From positions 26,232,401 to 26,296,400 of the forward strand of contig CM120641.1 in NCBI GenBank assembly GCA_051362555.1: a stretch of DNA of 64,000 nt, in the 5' to 3' direction. Source of the DNA: Lingula anatina (Eukaryota > Animalia > Brachiopoda). The position numbers were made by a program, and so were the translations under genes. The notes under the pieces were generated by a model. That model had not been told where the DNA came from, made no database searches, and was given only the letters and a program-made list of their open reading frames with translations. Below are positions 13,918-27,237 of the stretch, piece by piece. Numbering within the stretch: the stretch's first letter is position 1; each line of letters begins with the position of its first letter.

Positions 13918-16900
13918 CTATCTAAGATTTATGTCTTCAAACCAGATGGGCTCTGCCCCACCCCCAGGGGCCCCTCGTCTCATTTCATTCTCTCCATATG
14001 AAACTCTGGGGTTTTGTGCAGAAGCTAAAAGAGACCTTAGGCCTGCTACCACAGCTCCTGAGGCTCCAGCCAATGGGTCTGGTTCCTGATACTGCTCTTG
14101 AAAAGGGTCGGGCTGCCTTTCTACTGGTCTGCAATCAAATTGTAAAGGCATATTTAAAGTTACATATGAAGCAAGCGTAGATTCCCTGTAAAGCATATTA
14201 ATCAATACTAGTTCTTATATGACTCTAGTAATAGTATCCAAATGTGAAAGGATAAATCAAATAAACCACATAATCAGTTTTGAAATTAAAGTTATGCTAT
14301 TTGAAAATATATGATGGGATTTGGCTGGGTTTGCCATGAAAACAAATTACATAAAAAGTAACCAGCACTATCAAACTATGTTTCACAGGGCATTTTGCAC
14401 TAATGGCTTCCCCTGTGCCTGCAAGTTGCTTAACTTTATGATTTGGCAGAATTGTTTTCACATGACAAAAATTTAAATGACAATCTACTTGTGGAACAAT
14501 CTTATATTGCTGCACAATGTAACCTTACCTCAATCTCTCAATGCCAGCTCTCACTGGAGGCCTGAAACCAGTAAAAAAAAAAATTAATTCTTACAAAGCT
14601 TTCTTTTCTTTGAAGTGAAAGAAATAACTACACAGAAAAGAGTTGTACCTATCATGCACCTGACCTTTTAATAGAAGCAGAACAAAATTTCATTTGTATT
14701 TGATCCTTTATTTGTACACAGAAAATAATTTTTTAAGGGGAGGGGGGGGGGGGGCATTGCATAAAATGTGGCTTTTTTGTTTAAAGCATTCTAAAATATG
14801 CAAAACTAGTACTCTATTAATAAGAATTGCATTAATCTAAGAATGCAGCCAGAGAAGCAAAACAAACTTAAGGACTTTTAAAGAATGTCATTTGTAAGAA
14901 TATAAACAAAACAAAAAAGACAATTAATATTCTTATCTTTGCATTTGAACACAATGATGATGAAACATAAAAAGAACATAATTCAAATGATACCCCCCCC
15001 CCCCCTTCTGCTCATTACTGTCTACATTCAGGTAAAAACAAATTTGATATAATTTTTTTATGACATTGCTTTGGGGTAAGGTTCAAAAACTTTTCAAAGA
15101 CAAAGATGATGGAATACAAGCCTTTTTGATGGCTGATAGAAATTTCAATTACTTTTCAAAGCTACAAATTGAATTCAAGATGCACTTTTCTAGGTAACAC
15201 AAAACAACAGGCATTTTAAGGGCGTTGAAGAGGGCTCTATTAAACAAATGATATCTATTGAAGTGAAGGACACCATAAGTGAAATATGGAACACCGATTA
15301 ACCAGTTACAGAAGCTACTTTTGAAAAAAAAAAAAAAAAGAAAAGAAAAATGTAGATGATATGGTTTCAGATATGAACTCACCTCCTTTCATATTCGTAG
15401 TCTGGCTCTGTTAAATATGGGGGTGGAGGTCTACAAAATCAATATACAAAATAAAGAGTATTTTTCGCCAATGTTATGTTTCCATGTATATGTTATTTTA
15501 AATGTAAGACTCAAAATATTTATCAAATGGAATTTCTCATATAACAAATATCTTAAGTCTTATTTTTTAAGTTATCACATTTATAAGAATGAAAATGTCA
15601 GACAAGCCAGTCCATAACTAGATTTATTATTAAGTTATCAGATTTTTCATTTTATATGCACATTTGCCATTTTCGCGATTAAATGACTTAAATTTTCTGA
15701 TTGAAACTTGGGGCGTTCGCTCTTTAAAACCTTCCAATTCTGTCTTAAGTGAAAGGTGTATTCTAAATACATTACCAGCCTCATGCAAAAAGAAAATGCA
15801 AAGGACGCATGCGATTGTCAAAGTTTTTTTTATACAAAGTTATGGTTTGTGATAGATTACCTTACAAGGAGTTAAATGTGTCATGTTAAATTTTTTTTTT
15901 TTTTTTTTGCTCCAGTGAGCGTGTAAAAAAATGGAAATTCAATAACATTCATGCACAGCTTGAAAGATCTAGAAAACAAGTTGGGATAATAATTGAATTG
16001 ACTGAAGTAAATATTGTATATTGTGACATTCTGTAATTTATACTTTTTTAATATCCTTAAATATCCCACATAAAATTCCATCATATAACCAGGTAGATTG
16101 TACAATATGATTAAATGAAGTTCAGTTTTACCGATAGTCTGGACAATTTGTGCTTAACTACAGCAGCACAAGCACACATGTAATAAGTCTGACTTCTCTT
16201 TCCAGTCATTCAATTACTGTGAATTACGTGATAAAATTGTGAAACTGCTTTATTAGGAATTAAAAGAACAGATTAAAAAAATTTAATTAGGTGTAAAGTT
16301 TTCCCAGATTGTTAACTTAAAGCTAATCCCCACTTTTTCATGTAACTAATTTATGTTTCCGTGTGCTGTTGACCTTGTTGTTTATCAACTGTATTTTCAC
16401 TACAGTTCTGAAGCAAGTTTGGTCTTAGCGACTTAAATTAAGTACTTTGAACAAGAGAAAATCATTTAGGACTGCATTTTATTAAGAATACAAAAAAAAA
16501 TTTAAAGTTGTATTTTTAGAATGATAATTCTTGTATTTCCAATAATGAAAGCCTAAGGAAGATTGTTGAACATGAATATTTTTTTCTAGATCCAAAGAGG
16601 ATTCTTACATTTTATATATTATAGTATGAAACTCATTTGGGAATTGATACTGTGGCATCAGGAAAAAGAATGTAGAAAAATCATTTTTAAAATCTTAGCA
16701 GAGTGCACTCAAGGGTAAGTACTTCATATTTACTATTTGTTTTAAATCAATATCACAGCTAAAAAATTAATTAGGTGCAATGATTTACAATTGGTGAAAA
16801 TCAGTAAAGTCACATTTTAGCAGAATAGCAATTTAAAATTTACAAAACAAAAACATAGATGTTGTATTTCATAGCAAACAAATTTAATTTGGCTATATCT

Positions 16901-19900
16901 ATTAAAAGAACACAACATACAAATTCCTTACTAATTTTCTAAAAGTGCTACCATCTTGATATAATACATGTCAACTACATAATCCTTTCCTTTACATTAA
17001 AAACAAAAATGTTTATTTTGTACAAGGAATTCCATGGCAACCAACACTGTTGGCATTACTTAAGTTGGATTGTAATGAGTCTGTTTAAAGTTGACAAACA
17101 ACACTTGCTGGAGTTGCGAGTCCTCACTGCAGATTCAATCCATGCACAACCGCCACTCTAAAACACATTTGTTGCCTCCAACAAGAAAAGAAAATCTCTT
17201 CAGTTTCATTTCCTTTTTCCCCCTTTTATATAAGATTCTCTGTACAAATTCCTTTAGGACCTTTACATGTTATTGTCTACTTTGAGAAATCTTGTAACAA
17301 AAGGCTCCTTGTCGCGCACACACCACGGAAGTCCATCAACTTAGTTCTGGCCGCGCTCTTCTAAAATGATGGTGGCTGTTGTCTGAGAGTGTGAGAGAGA
17401 AATACAAAATCACTTTGTGATCTTAAAGGAACAATGTGCTTAAACTTCATATCTTTTGCATTAGTTTTTACACATTCAGATCATATTAATTACGAATCTG
17501 ACAACTAAAATGCTCCATAAATTGATTTGGGTAATGGAACATCCTGGAGTCATCACAAAATCTACCCCGAAATATTTGCTCTTTTGGATGGCACAACCAA
17601 GCACGACATGTTCCGCAGTTTTCATATACTGTAGTAGTATATCGCGAGGAAATCTGTCCAGAAAATCATCCATGTTGACCGATCACCAGCATGTCCGCGA
17701 AAAATAAAACTTCCGTAAGTTTTTCCATTGTATAACACATACTCGGCACGATTGATCAGATTCGCGAAACGGCAAGTGCACACCCACTGGAGGATACAAG
17801 ATCGGGTTTGGAGATTTCAAAAAGTTGTCGTATCAAAATACATCAGACTTAGGCAGTGCTTAAAGCATTAAAACAAGTTTTAAACAAGAGAAAACCAGGA
17901 ACCGTTGTCTCTTGTTGAAACATTGTATTAATGACAAGTGCACCAATCTCCTTACCTTCTGTCATAATAAGCGTCATAATAGGGATCAGCCCTGAAAGAA
18001 CAGAAAAAAATAGATTTAGACATTAGATATATACCATATGAAATATTCCTGTTGATCTTAAGAATTATTATATTAGAAATGCATGAAATGGGATGGGTTT
18101 TATTGACCAGAAAATCCCAAAGAAAAGAATTGATGCAATCTAAATGTTGCATGTTTTTCTCCAATGCATGCACCCGTCAGAATGAATGATTGAACTTAAA
18201 CAACCAACACACAAAAATCTCTTTTAAATTATGACTTTATTGCCCTTACAACCAGCCATTAGTTTGGCTTGATTAGAGAAAGATTTTTTTATTGAGACAG
18301 AAAAAAAGTGGTGATACCTTCTCCCATAGTACTCAGGTGGGGGCCTGGCATATGGGTCTCTGTAGTAGTCTCTGGGAGGGGGAGGCAGAGGTCGTCTCCT
18401 TTCATATGGGTCATATGGTCTGTATCTGTCTCCATGTGGAGGGGGGTAATCTCTATAGTAAGGGTCTGGGTATGGGTCCCTGGGGTATGGTTCTCTGCCA
18501 TATGGTTCCCTGGCAGGGGGTCCCCCAAAACGCCTATCTCCTCCACCCCGCCCTCCTCCACGCCGACCTTGCGACCTGATAGATAATAAGAAAATTTCCT
18601 TACAGCACAACTAAACGGCCTATTTTACCTGAAAAAAAACTTTAGGAGAGGCATTTTATTGCCAGGAGATAACTACAAAATAAAAAGTTTTAACTCTTCT
18701 GCATTGGAAATTATTAGATCAATTTATACAGATATGCATTTTGCATAGGAAATAAGTTAACTACCCTCTAGGTGGCATTATGCTCTGAAATGTTTTAATT
18801 ACAAAAAATTTAACCAATACATTCTTTTTATTCAAGCATTTTTCAAATTACTCACCCTCCTCTAGGACAGTCTTTTGACCTAGAAAAACAGAAAAATACA
18901 TTTATTTCACCAATATTTTTATAATCAATAACAACCTGCACCCAAAATAATTTTGAACTGTACAACAATTAGTTTTAATCTCAAATTTCCTTTGCCAAAA
19001 GTGGCCATTCTTTTAAGCCTGCACAAACAGTACTGCACGCAGACAATCGATATTTTAATATTTCTACAAGCAACTTCTTTATGTATCAAATGAATAGTAT
19101 GGATGCTTTAAAAAAGGTGAAAGAACATGCAAAAGAACCTATGTCAATTAGAATGAGAGTGTGTCATATATTAATGAAGGGATTGTAGGAAAAAAGAAAA
19201 GAATGCAACAGTCCAATATTTAATATAATAAATGTTTACATTGCAAGCAACTGTGAATGCTGAAGAAAGTTCTCATAAGCAATTTACAACTTAACATCAT
19301 ATGACCACTCTCATTATGAAAAATAATAGTTTTAGTAAAGAAATTTCAACAAATAACAATAGCTCAACATAAGAGGATTATAACAGACTGATCAGGGTTT
19401 TTTTATGTCATCAATGTCAAAAATTCCGATCACATCTTCCAAACAGCATTCACGGACGAAGCGCCAATCACTTAAGATTTCGAATATTAATAGACTCTCG
19501 ATTCGTCCAGGTCATCAATCAAATTTCTTGACGTCAACTTTTCTAGAAAGAAATTCTTAACATTGGTGCATTCACTTAATGATGTACACAGACTTTTCTC
19601 AATGATAAAATTTATCCATTATTCAGAAAAATGGCATGTACATCACGTCCATGAAACAAATGCTATAAGAAATAAACAACGCAGTGCTTTTACGCGACCA
19701 AAGTCACGCGATTATGTAAATGGCTGCACGAGGAGTTCGGACTCCTTCAACTTACCAATGACCGTCTCGTCCGCATCTATAGCACTCGCCCTTCCCTCCC
19801 ATTCCAGGTTTCTGACGAACTTTACTGTGAGAAAGCTGAAATGCCAATCAGATCACGACATACGTTGATGCTACCAGCGAAGACTGCAATGATTCAGAGT

Positions 19901-20734
19901 CATTAATTCACGCATTAGCCTACGATGGCCACTGTTAAATGTGGACAAAACTTAGATGTCAATTAAACCACGATATGTAAGCTATAAGCGAAATGCTAGA
20001 GGCAAAATTTCAAGAGTTAACATTTATGCCCACGAAGATCATGACTCGTGCCGTTTAGATTTTTTCACACGCACGCACATCGGAAAAACACAATTTGAAT
20101 TTTTCTATATATTTTCACAACAGGAATCAAACAGAGACTCAATAACACGATTAGTCCACAATGTTGCACGAGATGACATGAAGGTTTTTACAACTAATAC
20201 TGTACAGGAATGAATTCCAGGCCCAAACCCATGTGCCAAAAACCTTATGCAGGTTCCTTTCTCAAACAGAAAATGTTGTACCTCTACTTTGATGTTGACT
20301 CCTTGGAAAGGGGTGTTATTCAAATTTTCCACAGCAGTTTTTGCTTCTTCTCCATCAGCAAAGTGCTACAAAAAGTTAAAAAATCGCCATAGGAAACATC
20401 ATTAGGAATAGAAGTTCTATATACAAGAGCCATTTCAACAGAAGCCCAATAAAAACAATATTTCTTCTAAAGAATAATGTAACTGTTTTGAAATATTTGA
20501 TAACTGATTTTGATCCTTCTTTTGCCTCTAAGCTAAAGAACTGAGAGAAAGAACAGCATGCTTCAGTTCTTCAATTTTACAATATTTTGAAAATTCTTTT
20601 CTTACCACAAACCCATAGTTCCTGATGATATCACACTCTGTGACAGTTCCAAACTTTTCAAACATGGCTTGCAGTTCTCCCCGCTTACATGTGTCTGGTA
20701 GGTTTCCCACAAATATCTTCGTAGACACAGTCAT
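13918..20734 (-). CDS. lark: RNA-binding protein lark/RBM4-like: one RRM, a CCHC zinc knuckle and an R/D/P/Y-rich tail
   Basis: Exons 20734-20606, 20365-20282, 19835-19756, 18879-18856, 18575-18318, 17991-17956, 15430-15383, 14561-14529 and 14128-13918 join in frame. Motifs TKIFVGNLP...[15 protein letters not shown] and [28 protein letters not shown] match Lark RRM2 plus the knuckle. Confidence 0.9.
17361..17382 (-). CDS. Candidate alternative terminal exon of the lark-like gene (RQQPPSF*)
   Basis: Pyrimidine-rich acceptor ctctctcacactctcag, phase-compatible with the 17956 donor, followed by a long AU-rich UTR-like stretch. Confidence 0.6.
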
Positions 20735-21564
20735 CTTTGGTTCTGAAATTGAAATAGCCAAAGTGAAGAGTCAGTCATGAACACAATCGGTTTATACAGT
20801 CTATATATAGGGTTACTAAGTCTACATATCATTATGTAGCAGGCCAATCCTTTTCCCTTGATACAAGTCCTTTGACTGGCAAACATCAATGCAGAGATTG
20901 AGAACAAATTAATCAGAAACCCTACACAAGGGCACACATGCAATAAACCCATTTATGGCCAAATCACCTGCATTAAAACCTAAAAATTGACGGAATGATA
21001 CATTTTAATAGCAAAATAGTATTTCTGATATAACCCCAAAAAGAATTCTATTTTAAGCCAAAAGACAAAGACTCAAGCTGCCATACTGATAAGACATCAC
21101 CTGTTTTACCTTAAGATGTATTGATTTTAAAACATCCTCCAAGAGGAGCACTACGCCAAAAGGCATAGGTAAACAAATGTTTGATTCAATGTAAGACGGA
21201 ACTGACTCTTGAACCTATGTCACGTACACATGCTCTAACATAACAATAGCAACATTGCCACTGCCTAGAGTGCTGGTGTTGAAACGGCGTTCGTTTACAT
21301 TATACTCCCCTTTAATCATTTTTCTCACTAAATATTTCCAGAGGTTTTAGTAAAATAATGCTACCAATATGATTACTTACAAACAAACAAACTAGACTTG
21401 TTAATCGGATACTATCAAGAAATCGTGCCACCTGAACAATGATCACTATTCACCCTGACCTCAAATGACAATAGCCGATACCAAATATTAGCAAAACAGA
21501 AGATGGTTTGATTATCAGATTCTGACTGCTGTTACTACTAATGCTATAAATCACAAAGTATTAC

Positions 21565-21660
21565 CTTGATCATATGCTCCTCTCTTTTTATCTTAGTAAT
21601 CGATTCGCGTACACCAAAGGCACCGGTCGGTTTTGCGCACCTAGCTAAAATGGCGGACCA
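21565..21660 (-). promoter_or_regulatory. Probable 5' UTR first exon of the lark-like gene, with a YY1-type motif
   Basis: CpG-richer patch, CCGCCATTTT at 21656-21647, and donor AAG|gtaata at 21565. Confidence 0.6.
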
Positions 21661-23576
21661 CGCGGCTTTGAAGGTCAAGTACGACTTACTATCAACAAAT
21701 GAATGATAAACAAAATCATCTTTAACTTTTTTCCATTATATCTGATGATATATTTTTACATTTATTACGATTTATTTTAATCTTAATTTGTAAACATAAT
21801 GCAAGGTTGACTGGCTTTACTGACACACAAATAAAAATATATTTATCAAGTAAGACCTTTCAATCTACCAGTCACGTGAATCATGAGTCATCCGGGGCCT
21901 TCGTGAAGCACTGTATAACAAAGGGTGGCGCGGTTTCTCTTTCCAGGGATTTGGGGATAGGTAAACAAACGGTGACACAGAGCATTTCCCAGTCGGTTAT
22001 ACAGACGATTTCACTTTTCAGCAGGAAAATTTTTGCAATATTTTTAGTCATGTGCCAATTGGAATAGTTATATTGTCTTTCCAACTGACTTTCACCCTCG
22101 ATAAGGCGTGCAGCCAAGACAACAGTAAAAATTAACCATGGATGCTTCGAATTATCATTAGCCTGCTGCTAAACGGATATGTGGTTGTCTAAGTTAAAAT
22201 TTGCCAAATTTTTTCCCATTATACTTTTATCCAAGAGAACGTGTAAACTGAGAATTAATAATTAAAGTGATATCACAACTCATCTCTTTGGCGGGAAACG
22301 TGCTGTAAAACGGATTTTCCTTGGGGTAAACGATCATGTTCCCATTCTAACCAATGGTTTATGAATCCGTTCTGACATTAAGAGTTAGTCGACTTCTTTT
22401 TTCTTTTTTTAAAGTGTGTTTGTTTTTATTCTTTATTACAGAGGGTAGACATCTATGAAGGCCCACGCGGTCCGATAGCAGGTAGGCCTACATATTTCAG
22501 AATAATTGCGATAACCGCTGTTTTGGTGGTAAAATGGAATTTATTATATTTTTATTATGTTGTTTACATTGTATTTCTTGTGGAATTTTGAATCTTATAT
22601 GAAGAGTTATTATCCCTAGGCCTTCATCTACAAGTAGGCCTAGGCTACGCAAATAGGCCTAAGACGCTTCTAAACCGTAACAAATGGCACTGTTAGCCCT
22701 CTAAAACACCAAAATTTGTCGTGGCCCTGCGGTGGGCTTCGAACCCCACGCCAAGGAGGGCGAGGCCGGGTTGGCTTCGTTTCCAAGGCCTTTTATTCCT
22801 AAAAAAAACGGACCCCCCCCATCAAATATTTCTGGATCCGCCCCAGTATATGTAGGCTTACACTCTTCAGAGCACTAACGTGATTCTGCTAGACACGGTA
22901 GAAACTGTAAGGTAGGCCTATATAAGCTGATGGTAGGGGCCTAGATATTGCAGATTCCTGGAGAAATAGGGAAAGGGCAGAATGGGCAATTAAAGCGTGT
23001 ATTTCCTGACAATATAGGATCCACCACGGGCCCCGAACCTCACGCCAAGAGGAGGGGGGGGGGGGGGGGGCAAAGGTTGGCTTTCATCTGCAGCATGTCA
23101 TTCCTAACCCCCCCCCCCCCCCCTTCTAATAATCCTGGATCCGCCCCTTGTCTACGATATAATTCCCTGGTCTAATTAAACATGGGTACTGGTTCATGCA
23201 CATATGTCAATAAAAAGTGATCGAATTAGTAGGCCTACTGAAACGTGAATATTTCATTAAACACCGCGAATGACGCCATTTAGGCTCTATACGTTTTGAT
23301 GTCCAAACCTATAGCCTACATATTTACCCTGAGTGTCAGTGCACAATAAAAGCTAGCTTGTTAAATATTAAAATATACCTTGTGGTGGGGTCGCTTTTAC
23401 TAGTATTGGTATTGCTGATATGGGTTATATGAAATCAAGATCGAGTTGGCAATACCGGAATCTAGAACCTAGAGTATATAGGCCCTATATTGCACGTGTC
23501 TCGAAAGTGTTATGATCAGATGTGAATGAATAGAAGTTTTAAGTTTTAAGTCTAAGAATTACATTGGAAAACACAT

Positions 23577-23879
23577 TCAGGCCTACCCAACTACCACACT
23601 CGGCACCGAATGATTCTGAATTCAACGGTAGATCGGACCACACTACCCGTTTTCAAGGTGTGCGTCAGTACTCGCTTCCAAATATCACACGCGACACTGC
23701 TCTTGCCTAGTACGCGATGTGATAGCGATGATTTTGAGCGGGGTTGGAAAGTAGTGTTCCGGGGTATGATACTGTATTTAATGCGCACTGACGCACACCT
23801 TGAAAACGGGTAGTGTGATCTGAACTACCGGAGAATTCTGGATCATTCAGTGCCGAGTCTGGTAGTTGGGTAGGCCTGA
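23577..23879. mobile_element. Foldback MITE, almost fully palindromic (about 300 bp)
   Basis: tcaggcctacccaactacca...cacactacccgttttcaaggtgtgcgtcagt pairs with actgacgcacaccttgaaaacgggtagtgtg...tggtagttgggtaggcctga. Confidence 0.88.
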
Positions 23880-25577
23880 CATTTCACTTATGGTGTCAGG
23901 CTATTCGAAAATAAATAAAAAAAAAGACGCAGAGGAGGTATGGTGTTATTGAGGAAAAACGAAGATGGTCGAATCACAGAAAGGAATCCCGAGATGGGCC
24001 AGACAAAAATTGATAAACTGACCATGGCTAACCAGAGGAGACTCTGTAGACAGGGTTGGAAGTCGATTTTTTCCCTAACATACGATGTACGGGCATAATA
24101 GCTAAATTTATTGTCGGTCGTTTTTATTTAGGGAGTGGAAATGCCAAATCGACAGTTTGAACGTTTTAAGAATATGTTTTTACTGTATTCATTTGTTAAA
24201 TTTTCACACTAAACAAACCAAAACTTTATGCATTTTTTCGAAAATAGTTGCGAAAAAAATCTGAAAAAAATCTAAAAAAATCTGATTTCCTCAAAATTAG
24301 GCGTGGTCGTGCTCTGAACCATTTTATCAATTTTGTCTGGCCTTCTCTAAAATTCAGCTTTGTTTTGATACAGTACGTTCCACCATATCTTACAATAAAG
24401 AATCGATCGAATAGGTTGACATAAAGTCACTAACAACATGTACATGTACATAGTACAATATTAACAGCAGTAGGCCTATTAAGCTTTTTCTACCATGGCG
24501 TATTTAAATCACGTTTTGTTTATGGAGCGTAGGTTGCTTTATTCTTTGAGAAACTTATCTGTTTCTCATATGAGAGTATGGAATAACTATAGATCTAAAA
24601 AAATAATTGCAATGCACAAAATCAAATTTTATTCAAATACAATACATTCAGGCTGGTATAAATGTAACTTTTGGAGTCGAATTAATTTAGGAATTTTCAA
24701 GGTCATGGTTAGGTACAAAATGTAAATAAAAGCTGTGATTAGATATATTCATCTGTGTCAAAGAAATATTGAAAATGATGATTATGCGTTATTTTTCATC
24801 GATGAAATTACTTTAAGATACAGTAGGCGAAAAATCGGCGTAAAATACTCCATTTAAACGGATTAAGATTGTATTCCCTATAGAATGTCCATTGTCATTC
24901 TTCACTCCTTCCATTTACCCCCCCCCCCCCCCCCAAAATATATCTTAGCCCGTTTCTAATGGTCAACATCTGTATTTTGGAAGGTATGAACAGGTTTCCT
25001 TGCCACTCCTAACTCATTCGAGCTTTCGCACGTGATCATGTAATTAATCAATCACAAATCTAAACAAACAGAATTTGCCTACCTTTTCCTTTAAGAGAAA
25101 CGTCTATAGGGTCTGCAAACCGGAATTTACCAAACCATGCAATACACAATATACACAAAATAAATATTTTAAAAAATGTTAACAAAAGGTTGGAAATTGT
25201 CTACAGGTAAGCAAATCTTTTGTTTTGTTTATAAACGACGGCGGTTTTTGTTATTTGCATGGAAACAATGCAATTGGAATCGCAATTACATTACATTGAG
25301 CATAATGCGCGTTTCAAATTAACACCGCTTTCTTAGTTTACATTATCTATGTCACAAATGTTATTTGAATCTGTGAGAGAAGAATATTGAAAAAGAGTGG
25401 TCTGAAACGAAAATATCCTGTTCAGGGAAGAAATCTACTTTTGTTTTCCATATTTCTTTGGAAATTCGCCGGAGGAATGCTCGCATCTCATAAAATACGT
25501 GCTTGCATCCGCTTGACTTCGAGTAGTCTGCCTTGGGTACAAATATATACAGTATCTTGACATCGTTTCTCGCAGAG

Positions 25578-25654
25578 TTAATACAAAGCATCTATATCCA
25601 CACTCGTTTGTCGCCGAACATATGTAGGGAGTCCAGGGGCCTCAGCTGGGCGAT
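25578..25654 (-). CDS. Candidate third exon of Stum paralog A (DRPAEAPGLPTYVRRQTSVDIDALY*)
   Basis: Acceptor ttctacgtatttcag is in phase with donor GCAG|gtcaga at 27279, the same intron position and phase as in paralog B. Confidence 0.6.
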
Positions 25655-27237
25655 CTGAAATACGTAGAACACATTCATTTCTGGTTGGACCCTTATAATG
25701 AAAATCTATTTTCGGTTGATATCCACACAAACAAAACACCTTCTTCCTGACCTCCACTCTGACAACTTATCTGTCGCTGTCCAGAAATAGCAAAAACGAG
25801 AACAAAATGTATGCAAAAGATGTATTTTTCTTACTGATTTGGTTGAAGCTAATTTACCTTTTAAGAAAAAGAAAACGGCTACAGGTGCATACTAGGATAA
25901 AAAACAAACATTCAATCAACAGATAATTCACATCTGCAATCGCTTCTGCCACTTAATCCCATATTCTAAATTGTACTATTAGAGAGTCACTAAACTAGCG
26001 TAGGCTACCTACTGAGGGAAAAAAAGTAAAATGCATTTAGGAGGATCCAGTGCATTTTGGTCTGGGTCGTGGCATTCCTCCAGAAATACACCAAATTCCG
26101 TATACCTCTTGATCTAAGTGCCATCTAGGAGGCTATATTACTACATTCAAAAATATTGGCAGTAAAAAACGAATCACAATTAATCGTAGCCAGCAATTTC
26201 AAAAGGGGTGTTCTTTTTTTTCTGAAAAAGTGTACCTTTTACAATGAATCCTTCGTAAACTTGGATCATATTTTACCCAGAGGGGACCTTTTCTTGGCAT
26301 AAAGGGGGGTTCTTTTGAGCCTACCATCTCCCCCCCCCCCTCCCCGGCTACGGGCCTGTATTAATTTACAGTGACTGCGCCTTGCAAAACTGGCATATAA
26401 ACAAATGTATTCAAATAAACCGCAAATCAGTTATTGTTTTTCCATCAATGATCTTGCTGCCAACTTCACAGTTATTTAGTTGTGTTGGTAGATTAATATC
26501 TATTCTACCGTAAACAGTCTTTTGAGACACATTTGGGTGCACGGTATGAGACATTCTTAGGCAAACCTACCATTGGCCATCTTTTTCTTTTCAAACGTGC
26601 ATCCCTCGACGGACTTAGGGCTATCAAGCAGTACATTCTAGGTGATTTTAGTAGTCAGTCTAGTTATAATAATGAAAGTTAAAATACGAGTATTTCTAAA
26701 AAGGTTATGCACTGGTGGGAGGTGAGAATAACAGAAGGGACGCCATGCAGGATTTAAGGGAGCGTGCGTAAAGGTGATCTAGTTGTCACAACTGCGCATG
26801 AAAAATTGCCAGTTGCAGTTAGATATTTCTTTGGAAATTCGCACATGTCGATGATATGAAAATCACCGCATGCATATGATATTAGAAGACAAGCACTTGA
26901 TCAAAAGGAACATACTTTGTATTTTAACCAGGTTTGTCATGTATGTTATCCTTTCCTTGTCAAGATTTTATAATGAAGTCTCAAACAGAACCTGACTTTA
27001 GGCTGTTTCCTCGTAACGCGTAGGTGCGTTCACTTTTTTACTAGATCTAAATAAATTATTGGCCCTTGATTGACAACTTTCTTGTCATTTATAAGGATCA
27101 GAACCAACTATTTAGAAAATTAACCCAGACTGGCATTAGAAAAAAAGACATGCACCACTCAGCGCCTACTTCAACATCTAGGTGCTGCTACTTTACCGCA
27201 TAGGCCTACTGCAAAATTTTCCTGCTCCCATGCACTG

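Noticed and set aside
18292-18586. Plus-strand ORFs over the lark Pro/Arg-rich exon
   Set aside because: Antisense shadows of a GC-rich coding exon.
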